Positions 8,496-17,808 of a stretch of 64,000 nt of DNA are shown here, piece by piece. Within the stretch, counting starts at the first letter, position 1; each line of letters begins with the position of its first letter. This DNA is from Rhodobiaceae bacterium (GTDB lineage: Bacteria; Pseudomonadota; Alphaproteobacteria; Rhizobiales; Aestuariivirgaceae): NCBI GenBank assembly GCA_031409595.1, contig JANNXN010000028.1, forward strand, positions 948 to 64,947, given 5' to 3'. The notes under the pieces are model-generated. The model saw only the letters and a list, made by a program, of their open reading frames with translations. It did not search any database and was not told the origin of the DNA. Both the position numbers and the translations under genes were made by a program.

Positions 8496-10171
8496 CGTGG
8501 GGTTTTCGCCTCATTTCTCAATCGTGAACCGCGCAGCAAGCCCGCCGCCTCAACGATGGGGTAGCCCGCTGACACGATATGCGAATTGATGCGGTGCAGA
8601 TCCCTGATCATGTCTACATAAAGCGCACTCCGCCGCAGGGCCCCGCGCTTTGCCTGATTGTCGCTCCGGAAATGCTGATCCAACACTTCATTCTCAAGCT
8701 TGCGAAAAGCATCTTTTTGCGCAATCAGTCTTTTGGCTCCCTCAACATCACCCGAACTGAGAACACCAGTGGCAAGCCTGATGTTGTCATGAATGATCAG
8801 GCACAGATTATCGAACGCAGCCTGTTCCTCAATGTTGAATTCAATGCCTTCCTTGGCCTTCGCCTTGATCCGGTCGGACAGGTTGAGGTGAATGATGTCT
8901 CCCGCATGCTCAAGATTGCTGACGTAAAGTGTTACCTCCAGCGCGCGCCTGGCCTCCACAGACGTGAGTTGTGTCTGGGTCAACTCCACCAGATAGGATT
9001 GGATTGCAGTTTGAAATGCATTCAACCGCTCATCAAGAGCCTTGAGCTGCTTGAGCGTTTCCGTGCTCTTGCTGCGCAACGCGGAAAGGGCTGTATCAAA
9101 CATGCGGTTCAACACCTCGCTCATGCGCACAGTTTCAAGAAGTGCGTTGGAGAGCGCAATTGACGGCGACTCGAGCGACTTCACATCAAGATAGCGCGGA
9201 GCCGCAAGCTGATCCGCTTCAAGCTTCTGATCGGGCACAATTTGCGAGGCAAGCTTTCCAATCCAGGTGGTCACCGGCAGAAAAACCAACCCGATGACGC
9301 CATTGAATGCGGCGTGAAAGGCCAGCGCAACACTCACAGCGTCCAAAGGAACCAGCAATGCCAGGCCCGATATGCGTTGCGCGAAGGCCAGGGCAACAAT
9401 TGCTGCCAGGCCGCGGCAGATCAAATTCGCCACCGGCAACCGCCGCCCGGCAGGCGGCAGCGTGAGGGTTGAGCTGATGGCTGGCAAGCCGCCGCCAAAG
9501 TTCAGCCCAAGAATAAATCCAATCGCACCAGCAAGCTCCAGGCTGCCGTTGGCGACAAACGAGGCAATCAGCAGGATGACGGCCAGCGTGGAGTGAAACG
9601 CCCACGCAAGAGCAGCCCCCACGATAAATGCCAGCATGGGCTCGCGCCCCACGGCTGCCAGAACGCTGTGAAAAAGCGTTGCCTCGCGCAAAGGCGCTGT
9701 TGCAACAGTGATGAGCTGCAGCGCCATCAACATGAGGCCAATGCCAATCATGATGCGCCCTATGTTGTGGGGCCTGAATTCGCGGCTCGCACTAAATGTC
9801 ACATAGCCCACAAAGATCAGGATAGGCGATGCCCATAGCGCAAACGAACTGCCTGACGCGAAAATCGCTGAAACAATCGCTGAACCCACATCGGCCCCCA
9901 GCAATACGGCCAGACCCAACGCGGTTCCGATGGCGCCGCTTGCCGCAATGCCGGCAACAATCAGCGTCGTCGCTGTGCCGCTTCCAAGAATGGCCGTAGC
10001 TGTAGCGCCTGCCAAAAATGCCGAGACGCGGTTGCTCAGGCGCTGTTCTATGAAAAGCTTGAGCCTGTCGCCCCAGGCGCGCAAAACGCCGGTGCGCACC
10101 ATCCGCACACCCCAGAGGAGGAGGGCAACACCCCCCAAAAGATTGATGATGACAAGCGTCCCAGGATTCAA
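8492..10171 (-). CDS. Na+/phosphate cotransporter family protein (NptA/YjbB-like, with a C-terminal PhoU-like domain)
   Basis: 559 aa. N-terminus MNPGTLVIINLLGGVALLLWGVRMVRTGVLRAWGDRLK is typical of Na/Pi-cotransporter II-related proteins. The N-terminal half is polytopic; the C-terminal half is soluble and helical. Confidence 0.8.
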   Translation of the reverse strand: MNPGTLVIINLLGGVALLLWGVRMVRTGVLRAWGDRLKLFIEQRLSNRVSAFLAGATATAILGSGTATTLIVAGIAASGAIGTALGLAVLLGADVGSAIVSAIFASGSSFALWASPILIFVGYVTFSASREFRPHNIGRIMIGIGLMLMALQLITVATAPLREATLFHSVLAAVGREPMLAFIVGAALAWAFHSTLAVILLIASFVANGSLELAGAIGFILGLNFGGGLPAISSTLTLPPAGRRLPVANLICRGLAAIVALAFAQRISGLALLVPLDAVSVALAFHAAFNGVIGLVFLPVTTWIGKLASQIVPDQKLEADQLAAPRYLDVKSLESPSIALSNALLETVRMSEVLNRMFDTALSALRSKSTETLKQLKALDERLNAFQTAIQSYLVELTQTQLTSVEARRALEVTLYVSNLEHAGDIIHLNLSDRIKAKAKEGIEFNIEEQAAFDNLCLIIHDNIRLATGVLSSGDVEGAKRLIAQKDAFRKLENEVLDQHFRSDNQAKRGALRRSALYVDMIRDLHRINSHIVSAGYPIVEAAGLLRGSRLRNEAKTPR

Positions 10172-10177
10172 ATTAGT

Positions 10178-11614
10178 TCACTGCGGCCATGGCAATGACC
10201 ACGTTTTCACGTTGGTGAAAAACTTCATGGCTTCCATGACACCCTCTTTTACACCATTACCTGAGTCCTTGATTCCCCCAAAGGGCGACATTTCGATGCG
10301 GTAACCCGGCACCTCCCAAATGTTCACGGTGCCTACGTTGAGGCCCTCAATGAACCGCGTGATGCGAGACAAGTTGTTGGTGCAAACGCCCGACGACAAT
10401 CCGAAGGGCGTTGAATTCGAAATGCGGATAACTTCGCCGTCTTCGTCGGGCACCCGAACGATGGGGATGATCGGGCCAAAGGTTTCCTCAAAAACCAGTT
10501 CTGAGTGATGCGGCACAAAATCAACGGTGATCGGCGGCAACACCGCGCCCTTCCGGCCCGGATTATAAAGTATCTTGGCCCCTTGCTCTGCCGCCTTGTG
10601 AACACGGGCCTCAAACACCTTCGCGGCTTCTTCATGCACCACGCAACCCAGATCAGTGTCCGGATCTTCCGGATCGCCAAACTTTATCTTCTTGGCCTTC
10701 TCCAAAACCAGTGCCACAAATCTGTCTGCCACCCGGTTCTGCACCAGAATGCGCTTCACCGCCGTGCACCGCTGGCCTGAATTCCTGGTGGCGCCAGCAA
10801 CTGCCAAGTCAGCAGCCCTGTCCAAATCATCGTCACTGAGATCATTGAGAATGATCAGCGGATCGTTGCCGCCCAATTCCAACGCAGCCCGCCGGTATCC
10901 AGCCTTGGCCGCAATGATCTTTCCCACGCGCACCCCGCCTGTAAACGTGATGATGCCGATGTTGCTGTTGGTCACCATCTCATCGCCAATGTCATCGGGC
11001 CAACCCGTCACCACTTGAAACATTTCAGGCGGCAAACCTGCATCGTAAAGAATATCAGCCAGCGCCAAAGCCGTGAGCGGTGTCAGTTCCGTAGGCTTGC
11101 ACACCACGCAATTATTTGTGGCAATGGCAGGGGCCACTTTGTGAGACACCATGTTGAGCGGATGATTGAACGGCGTAATCGCTGAAATCACCCCCACAGG
11201 CTCGCGCTTGGTAAAAATCTTTCGGGCCTTGCCTTGCGGAGTGAGATCGCATGAGAAAATCTGTCCGTCATCCAGAATGCAGAGTTGCCCCGCTAGCATG
11301 AACACGTCATAGGCACGCCCACATTCGTAAACCGAGTCCTTCATGGAAAGGCCGAGTTCAAGCGTAATCAATTTTGCAAGATTGTCCTTGCGCTGGCGAA
11401 TAAGTTCAGCCGCCTTGAACAATATCTGCTGGCGCTCATAGCGCGTGAGTTTCGGCTTGAAGCCCGCCGCAATATCAAATGCGCGTGCCGCATGTTCAGC
11501 GCGACCGGCTGGAACCGTGCCGATGATTTCATTGGTGTAGGGATAATGCACCGGCACCACGCCATCAGCATCCACCAACTTGCCGCCAATGCGCATGCTC
11601 TCTTTGATTGTCAT
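10178..11614 (-). CDS. phnY: Phosphonoacetaldehyde dehydrogenase (NAD-dependent aldehyde dehydrogenase family)
   Basis: ALDH motifs LELGGNDP and GQRCTAVKR (catalytic Cys). It sits immediately downstream of phnA. I prefer ATG 11614 ([11 protein letters not shown]), 1 nt after the phnA stop, over the track's TTG 11629. The symbol is assigned by context with phnW/phnA. Confidence 0.75.
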   Translation of the reverse strand: MTIKESMRIGGKLVDADGVVPVHYPYTNEIIGTVPAGRAEHAARAFDIAAGFKPKLTRYERQQILFKAAELIRQRKDNLAKLITLELGLSMKDSVYECGRAYDVFMLAGQLCILDDGQIFSCDLTPQGKARKIFTKREPVGVISAITPFNHPLNMVSHKVAPAIATNNCVVCKPTELTPLTALALADILYDAGLPPEMFQVVTGWPDDIGDEMVTNSNIGIITFTGGVRVGKIIAAKAGYRRAALELGGNDPLIILNDLSDDDLDRAADLAVAGATRNSGQRCTAVKRILVQNRVADRFVALVLEKAKKIKFGDPEDPDTDLGCVVHEEAAKVFEARVHKAAEQGAKILYNPGRKGAVLPPITVDFVPHHSELVFEETFGPIIPIVRVPDEDGEVIRISNSTPFGLSSGVCTNNLSRITRFIEGLNVGTVNIWEVPGYRIEMSPFGGIKDSGNGVKEGVMEAMKFFTNVKTWSLPWPQ

Positions 11615-11615
11615 G

Positions 11616-12854
11616 TCAGGTCTCACCAATGCAGTTGCAGCCTATGAAGAAGGCATCGAAATTTCGAAGCGGTTGCGGCAAATCTTTCAGCTTGCGGTTG
11701 GCGATGACTGGAACAGTTTGTTCCGTCAAACCGCCATGCGAGCGCAAAGGTTCCGTCAACCCTGTAAGATCATGCCTGGAGCGGCTTGTGCCAATGACTT
11801 TTGAACCACTGGGTCCACCAGATAACACAATGAGATCACCCATCCGGTCCGGCGGAAGTTCAAATCGCGCGCAACCCTCAGCCCGGCCATAAACCTCGTC
11901 AATTCCCTCTATCGCTGAAATCACCGACGCAACCCGATCAGGGTGCAGGCCCTTGACATAGACAGTGGCAAACGAACCCAGCGCCCCGTGATGCACCACA
12001 TAAGGATCAGTGATCGGCAATATGACCCGCGTTGTGCCTGTGCCAAACTCAAGGTCGAGCCTATCCTGCAGGTAAACCACGTCAGGTTCACCAATGCTCA
12101 AGTGCTTATCTTTCATGCCGTGATCGGCAACGATAATTATGGTGGCCCCCAGGCCATCAAGCTGGCCGAGATAGCCATCCATCATCCTGTAAAAACTGTT
12201 GGCCCCGGCGGAACCCGGCGCAAACTTGTGTTGCACATAATCCGTTGTCGAAAGATACATGAGATCGGGCCGCATCGAACCCAGCAGTTTCACACCCGCG
12301 GCAAAAACAAATTCCGAAAGTTCAGCAGAATAGACAGGGGGCACCGGCATTCCAACCAGGCCGCAAACATCTTCAATGCCATTCTCCGCAACCGAGACCT
12401 GGTCTGCCCGCTCGGATGAAAAGGCGACTGCCGTGCCATCAAACTTCAGTCCTTTGCCCAATAATAATCGGAGCTTGTCCTTGGCCGTCACCACCGCAAT
12501 TTTAGCCCCCGCCTGTTGGAACTTTTCAAAGATCGTGGGCGCCCGCAGCCAAGCCGGGTCATTCATCATGGTTTCTTTGCCCGTGGCGGGATCAATCAGG
12601 TAATTCCCGCAAATCCCGTGCACGGCAGGCGGCGTTCCGGTCACAATCGAGAGATTGTTGGGATTGGTGAAACTTGGAATGACCGACAGCCCGCGCAGGT
12701 TTTCGCCTTTGGCAATGATTTTCTTGAGGTTTGGCATCAGCCCTTCGGCCATGGCAATTTCCATGTAGTCAGGCTCGCTGCCATCGCAGCAAATAACCAC
12801 CAGCGGCGCTCGCGGCCACTTGTAATTCCTGCCATTTGCCTCGACAGTTTTCAT
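11616..12854 (-). CDS. phnA: Phosphonoacetate hydrolase (alkaline-phosphatase superfamily)
   Basis: 412 aa. The stretch [13 protein letters not shown]...[28 protein letters not shown] closely matches my recollection of the conserved N-terminal block of characterised phosphonoacetate hydrolase. Confidence 0.85.
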   Translation of the reverse strand: MKTVEANGRNYKWPRAPLVVICCDGSEPDYMEIAMAEGLMPNLKKIIAKGENLRGLSVIPSFTNPNNLSIVTGTPPAVHGICGNYLIDPATGKETMMNDPAWLRAPTIFEKFQQAGAKIAVVTAKDKLRLLLGKGLKFDGTAVAFSSERADQVSVAENGIEDVCGLVGMPVPPVYSAELSEFVFAAGVKLLGSMRPDLMYLSTTDYVQHKFAPGSAGANSFYRMMDGYLGQLDGLGATIIIVADHGMKDKHLSIGEPDVVYLQDRLDLEFGTGTTRVILPITDPYVVHHGALGSFATVYVKGLHPDRVASVISAIEGIDEVYGRAEGCARFELPPDRMGDLIVLSGGPSGSKVIGTSRSRHDLTGLTEPLRSHGGLTEQTVPVIANRKLKDLPQPLRNFDAFFIGCNCIGET

Positions 12855-12857
12855 GGT

Positions 12858-14009
12858 TCAGCTTTCAAGCGGCGCGACGTCAGTTACATTCATTTCGTTC
12901 AGCACGTCACGAATGGCCGCAAGCGCTGCGTCCATGACGGCTTCATCAATCTGCCCGATCGTGCCAATGCGAAAGCTTGGCCGCTTGGTGAGCTTGCCCG
13001 GATAAATTGCAAAGCCGCGCTTGCGGAGCGCCTCGTAGAATGCTTCGAAATGAAAGTTGGGGTCGCGCGGTGTCAGGAATGTTTGAATGATGGGCCCCGC
13101 CATATCATCCCCAAGCAGCGTCGAAAACCCCATCCTGCGCATGCCATCGATGAGGACATCGGCATTGCGGGCATAGCGGAGGCCACGCCCAGCCACGCCG
13201 CCGTGAATCTCGTGTTCCTTGAGCGCTTGATGAAAAGCCACCAGTGCATGGGTGGGTGGCGTAAACCGGAATTGGCCATTGGCCTGAAGCCCGCGCCACT
13301 GCTCGTAAAGGTCAAGCACCACCGAATGCGAAACGCCCGCACTTGCCTCCAGCATATGGCGCTTCACCAGCACATAGGAAAATCCCGGAACGCCTTCGAT
13401 GCATTTGTTGGAGGATGACACCATCACGTCCATATCCAGCCCCGCCATGTCGATGGGAATGGCGCCGAATGACGACATGGCATCCACCATGAACACCAAT
13501 CCGCGGCGCTTCACTTCCTGGCCTATTTCGGCGATGGGATTGACTATTCCAGACGTGGTTTCGCAGTGGATCATCCACACGTGACTGATTGACCCGTCGG
13601 CATCGAGTGCAGAAGTCACGTCCTCAACACTTGGAGCCGCACTATCGCCTCTGTTGATCTTGACGTGCGGGCGATTCAATTGTTTCAGGATTTTGGCGGC
13701 CCGATCGCCATAAGCGCCATTGGCAATCACCAGCGTCTTGCGGCTCAGAGGTGGGCACAGGCTGCCCAAGGCCGCCTCAATGGCAAAGGTGCCGGACCCT
13801 TGCATGATCACGCATTCATAGCGCCCGTCGCAATTGGCCAACTCCAGCAGGCGCTTGCGAATATCAGCCACCACCTGCCGGAATTCAACATCGCGCGAAC
13901 CCCAGTCAGCCAGCATGGCAAGCTTTACGCCGCGTGAAGTTGTCAGGGGGCCGGGCGTCAGCAAATAGGGCATATCCTCTTGGCCGACCGGACCCTTGAA
14001 TGATGTCAT
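12858..14009 (-). CDS. phnW: 2-aminoethylphosphonate--pyruvate transaminase (class V aminotransferase)
   Basis: YLLTPGPLTTS opening and class-V fold length. ATG 14009 has GGAGG 5-9 nt upstream (the track starts at TTG 14021). It is followed by phnA after a 3-nt gap. Confidence 0.85.
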   Translation of the reverse strand: MTSFKGPVGQEDMPYLLTPGPLTTSRGVKLAMLADWGSRDVEFRQVVADIRKRLLELANCDGRYECVIMQGSGTFAIEAALGSLCPPLSRKTLVIANGAYGDRAAKILKQLNRPHVKINRGDSAAPSVEDVTSALDADGSISHVWMIHCETTSGIVNPIAEIGQEVKRRGLVFMVDAMSSFGAIPIDMAGLDMDVMVSSSNKCIEGVPGFSYVLVKRHMLEASAGVSHSVVLDLYEQWRGLQANGQFRFTPPTHALVAFHQALKEHEIHGGVAGRGLRYARNADVLIDGMRRMGFSTLLGDDMAGPIIQTFLTPRDPNFHFEAFYEALRKRGFAIYPGKLTKRPSFRIGTIGQIDEAVMDAALAAIRDVLNEMNVTDVAPLES

Positions 14010-14023
14010 TGTCGCCTCCAAAC

Positions 14024-14911
14024 CTAGTTCAACTTCGCCGCAAGAACGGCTTCGATGTTGGCCTTGTGGACAGCCTCATAGGGCTCAAACAAATTCACCC
14101 AGCCCGCATCAAGCGGCCCCCTGATGATTTCGTTCAGCGGCATTGACCTGAGCTCCGGCTCGTTCGCCATGCGCTTCAGCATGCGAATATATTGCTGCGT
14201 GGCACGGATAAGGGTTTTTTCATATCCACCCAGCGCAATAATTTCCGGGTCGCCATGATTAGGCAAAATCCGTTCCGGTTGCAGCGCCCACATCCTGTCC
14301 AAATCCTTCAAGTGTACGTCAAATTCAAGCAGCTCGCCCACATAGGTAATCGTGTCTTCCATCGTATCGCCGGCAAGCAGTATTCTTTCAGCGGCAATCC
14401 AGATGACAGTTGCGTCGTCGCTATGAATATTCGCCTCGATCAAATGCAGCCGCAATGAGCCAACTTGCAGGAACATTTCGCCTCCAAAAACTTGCGTCGG
14501 CATGACCAGCGGGTTGATTGCGGGCAGGCCATGATGGCTGCCATCTTCAATCGCAGCCTTGCATTCCTTCATATGGTTTTCTGTGCGCAAGTTCGAAATG
14601 ACCTGGCAATCCGCAAAAGCGGAGGTTCCTGCAAGATGATCGAGGTGCCAATGGCTCAAGACCACGGTAATTTTGCCAACGCCCAAAGCCTCAAGATGCG
14701 CGCGAATGAATTTCCCGTGTTCAACTGAGACATGCGTGTCGTAGACAATTGCCTCGCCCGAATCGACTATCGCATAACTCGCAATGCCCAGAGCAATGGC
14801 GCCGTCATCAACCCAGTTATCGGCTTCTGAAAACCGGTAGCCGTCCACGCGACCATCATAATAGGCATAGATAGTCTTGCTCGGTTGGAGAACCCGCATA
14901 TGTTTTGTCAT
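14024..14911 (-). CDS. MBL-fold metallo-hydrolase; first gene of the phn operon
   Basis: HxHxDH motif (SHWHLDHLAGT). The track ORF starts at GTG 14983. ATG 14911 (MTKHMRVLQ...) is more likely, because the Cys-rich 24-aa extension looks non-native. Its stop is 2 nt before the phnW TTG and 14 nt before the phnW ATG. Confidence 0.75.
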   Translation of the reverse strand: MTKHMRVLQPSKTIYAYYDGRVDGYRFSEADNWVDDGAIALGIASYAIVDSGEAIVYDTHVSVEHGKFIRAHLEALGVGKITVVLSHWHLDHLAGTSAFADCQVISNLRTENHMKECKAAIEDGSHHGLPAINPLVMPTQVFGGEMFLQVGSLRLHLIEANIHSDDATVIWIAAERILLAGDTMEDTITYVGELLEFDVHLKDLDRMWALQPERILPNHGDPEIIALGGYEKTLIRATQQYIRMLKRMANEPELRSMPLNEIIRGPLDAGWVNLFEPYEAVHKANIEAVLAAKLN

Positions 14912-14998
14912 AATCAGGTTATGGCAGAAAAAACCACACTGGCAAACTCCACCGAATACTGCGATACTGCAAAGGTCGGCCACTCGGGAGAATGAATT

Positions 14999-15562
14999 AT
15001 GACGTTCGGCTATGGTCTTCTCGGTCTCATTGTCGCAATCGCCGCCTACTTGATTTACGTTTATAATTCATTGGTAAATAACAAGAACTTTGTAGCCGAG
15101 GGGTGGAGCGGCATTGATGTTCAATTGCGCCGCCGGGCCGATCTTATCCCGAATCTCATTGAAACCGTGAAGGGCTATGCATCCCACGAGGACAGGCTGT
15201 TCCGTGACATCGCCGAACTTCGAGCCAAGAGCATCTCTGGCGGAACTGTGGGTGAGCAGTCCGCAATTGGCCAGGCCATGAGCGGGGCGCTTGGAAAGCT
15301 GTTTGCTGTGGCCGAAGCCTATCCGGAACTGAAAGCTGACGCCAATTTTCGCGACCTGCAGGACAAGCTTTCCGCCATCGAAGAAGAAATTCAGTTGTCG
15401 CGCCGCTACTACAATGGCGCCGTGCGCAACCTTAACAACATGATCCAATCCTTTCCCAGCAATTTCGTCGCCAATTATTTCAAATTCACAGCGGCCGAAT
15501 TTTTCGAGATTGGCGATGCCGCGGCGCGCGAGGTTCCCAAGGTAGATTTCAAAACCAGGTAG
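14999..15562 (+). CDS. LemA family protein
   Basis: 187 aa with an N-terminal TM helix. The block NKNFVAEGWSGIDVQLRRRADLIPNLIETVKGYASHE is a typical LemA signature. Confidence 0.85.
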   Translation: MTFGYGLLGLIVAIAAYLIYVYNSLVNNKNFVAEGWSGIDVQLRRRADLIPNLIETVKGYASHEDRLFRDIAELRAKSISGGTVGEQSAIGQAMSGALGKLFAVAEAYPELKADANFRDLQDKLSAIEEEIQLSRRYYNGAVRNLNNMIQSFPSNFVANYFKFTAAEFFEIGDAAAREVPKVDFKTR

Positions 15563-15568
15563 CCTCTG

Positions 15569-17485
15569 ATGCGCTACATCTTCAGCATTTTGGCGGCGCT
15601 GGTTCTCCTGTTTTCGCCTGCTTGCGCCGCCGAGCGCATAATTAAGTTTACCAGTGACGCGCAAATAGATGTTGATGGCTCCCTTGATGTCACTGAATCA
15701 ATAGACATCATCTCCGAAGGCAACCAGATCAAGCGCGGAATTCTGCGTGATTTTCCGACAATCTATAATGACCGAAATGGCCTGCGGGTAGTCGTTGGCT
15801 TTGATGTCATATCGGTGAAGCGCAATGGCGTGAATGAAAATTACGCGGTGGAAAGCATTTCAAATGGCAAGCGCATCCGCATTGGAAGTGCCGATTCTCT
15901 TCTCGAACCCGGCCTTCATCTCTACGAAATAAAATACAAAACCACGCGCCAGATCGGTTTCTTCAAGGACTATGACGAACTCTACTGGAACGCCACTGGC
16001 AACGGCTGGTCATTCCCGATCTTGAAATCCATCGCCATCGTGCGCCTGCCGCCCGGCGCCACAATAATCCAGCATCAAGCCTACACCGGCCGCCAAGATG
16101 AGAGCGGCAAGGATTTCCAGGTTATCAGCGGATCAGGCAATGAGTACCGCGTAGCTGCAACACGCGAGTTTTCGCCCGGCGAAGGCCTGACGGTGGCCGT
16201 CGCCTGGCAAAAGGGAATAGTGGCCGCACCTTCATCAACCGACAAAGGCCTTTGGTTCTTGAGCGACAATGCAGGAATTGCTGGCTTGGCAATAACGCTG
16301 ATCCTCGTCGGCCTTTACTATGCATATGCCTGGACAAAAGTGGGCCGCGATCCACAGAAGGGAACTATCATCCCGCTGTTTTCTCCCCCGCAGGCGCTGG
16401 GTCCGGCAGCAACCAGATTTGTCTGGAAACAGAATTTCGATGACAAGGGGTTTGCCGCTGCCCTTGTGGGGTTGGCCGTCAAAGGGTACTTGAAAATCAA
16501 GGACGACGGTGGCGATTTTGAAATCACCAAGCTCGCAGCAAAGGGTCAGCCCCTCACAATAACCGAATCGGCCCTGCTGCAATCAACGCCTTCCGGCACC
16601 ACCAGCCTTGAAACCACCAACCACGCCAAGATAGCCGCGATGAAGGACAAGCTGGAAGCCCAACTTGTCAATGAATATGAGGGGTCAGTTTTTGTCCGCA
16701 ACATTGGATGGTTTTGGATGGGCGCCTTGCTATCGATTGGCGGCCTGCTCCTGTCCGCCCTGTTGCTGCCGATCGAGGACAGTGTAACGGCCCTGTTTAC
16801 AACCGGCACGTCTGGCGTTTGGTGGGCGGTGGTAATTTACGCAATATGGAGCTCACTGAACGGATTCATCAATCAGCGAGGATTCTTGAGAAAAATAGGC
16901 TCGGTTCTTTCGCTGTTGTTTCTAATACCGTTTGTCATTGTGGGCGTTGCAGTTCCTGTCGCTCTGCTGTTTTCGGATCAGATTACCTTTGGAATTGCGG
17001 CAGTCACGGTCACGGCGGTAATTCTCGGTCTCATGAATTTCCTGTTTCACATGCTGCTGCGGGCCCCAACACTTTCGGGCCGGAAGCTCATGGACCAGAT
17101 CGAAGGTTTCCGCATGTACATGAAAACCGCTGAAGAGGATCGGTTGAAGATTTTGAACCCGCCGGAAAAAACGCCAGAACTGTTCGAAAAATATTTGCCC
17201 TACGCTCTGGCTCTGGATTGCGAGAATGAGTGGAATGAAAAATTCGCCGCCGTGCTGGCGGCTGCTGCGGTGGCAGGAGCAACGGCTCCCGCCTGGTATT
17301 CCGGCAATAGTTGGAACACGGGAAGCATGGGTGGTTTTACAGACAGTCTGGGATCAGGCCTTGCAACACGCGCTGCATCAGCATCAGTTGCACCAGGTTC
17401 AAGTTCAAGTTCCGGCGGCGGCTTCTCCGGTGGCGGAGGCTCTTCCGGCGGCGGCGGCGGCGGTGGAGGCGGTTCCGGCTGGTAG
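15569..17485 (+). CDS. DUF2207-type membrane protein with a Gly/Ser-rich C-terminal tail
   Basis: 638 aa: signal peptide, extracytoplasmic N-domain, several central TM helices, and tail GSSSSSGGGFSGGGGSSGGGGGGGGGSGW. It is the usual partner immediately downstream of lemA. Confidence 0.75.
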   Translation: MRYIFSILAALVLLFSPACAAERIIKFTSDAQIDVDGSLDVTESIDIISEGNQIKRGILRDFPTIYNDRNGLRVVVGFDVISVKRNGVNENYAVESISNGKRIRIGSADSLLEPGLHLYEIKYKTTRQIGFFKDYDELYWNATGNGWSFPILKSIAIVRLPPGATIIQHQAYTGRQDESGKDFQVISGSGNEYRVAATREFSPGEGLTVAVAWQKGIVAAPSSTDKGLWFLSDNAGIAGLAITLILVGLYYAYAWTKVGRDPQKGTIIPLFSPPQALGPAATRFVWKQNFDDKGFAAALVGLAVKGYLKIKDDGGDFEITKLAAKGQPLTITESALLQSTPSGTTSLETTNHAKIAAMKDKLEAQLVNEYEGSVFVRNIGWFWMGALLSIGGLLLSALLLPIEDSVTALFTTGTSGVWWAVVIYAIWSSLNGFINQRGFLRKIGSVLSLLFLIPFVIVGVAVPVALLFSDQITFGIAAVTVTAVILGLMNFLFHMLLRAPTLSGRKLMDQIEGFRMYMKTAEEDRLKILNPPEKTPELFEKYLPYALALDCENEWNEKFAAVLAAAAVAGATAPAWYSGNSWNTGSMGGFTDSLGSGLATRAASASVAPGSSSSSGGGFSGGGGSSGGGGGGGGGSGW

Positions 17486-17529
17486 TTTGGAGCATGATCA
17501 ATTTAGATCGACACAAAAATACAACCGCC

Positions 17530-17770
17530 ATTCCGGCGTAAGCCGGAATTCAGTCTCTACTTGCTCCGTCATTCCCGCGAAAGCGGGAATCCATTCGCTA
17601 TTTCAACAAGATAGATGGATTTCCGCGTGCGCGGGCATGACGGTAACAGGGTGTCTGTTTGAGTTCAATTGATCGACTGTCGCGCCAAAATACTACCGTC
17701 ATTCCGGCGCAAGCCGGAATCTGATTGCAGCATTGATTTTTTAAAAGATTCCGGCTTTCGCCGGAATGAC
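17530..17770. repeat. Cluster of five REP-like palindromic units (GTCATTCCGGCG-N3-GCCGGAAT family)
   Basis: Units at 17530-17549, 17568-17590, 17621-17645 (CCGCGTGCGCGG variant, reverse orientation), 17698-17720 and 17748-17770 (reverse). They lie between two convergent genes. ORFs across them give VIPAKAGI / SFRRKPES-type pseudo-peptides. Confidence 0.75.
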
Positions 17771-17808
17771 GTGAAAGAGCATTCGAGCTATTCAAAACGG
17801 ATCACGCG

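Noticed and set aside
12516-13418. 300-aa + strand ORF
   Set aside because: It is antisense across the phnA/phnW junction. Both minus-strand genes have strong family motifs, and this ORF has none.
14904-14921. Pho-box-like TTGTCAT-AATC-AGGTTAT near the start of the phn operon
   Set aside because: The second heptamer matches only 4/7 positions. The element overlaps the MBL start codon on the wrong side for a promoter of that operon.
14956-14970. Tandem heptamer ATACTGC-G-ATACTGC between the phn operon and lemA
   Set aside because: The 8-bp periodicity fits no regulator motif I know. If the MBL gene uses GTG 14983, it would lie in coding sequence. It is too short to exclude chance.
17226-17795. 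ORFs of 148, 76, 64 and 65 aa spanning the REP cluster (also 55273..55559 at the second site), giving VIPAKAGI / SFRRKPES-like peptides
   Set aside because: They are translations of palindromic repeat units and of the antisense of the Gly-rich tail region. They appear in both orientations with no RBS, which is a classic annotation artefact.
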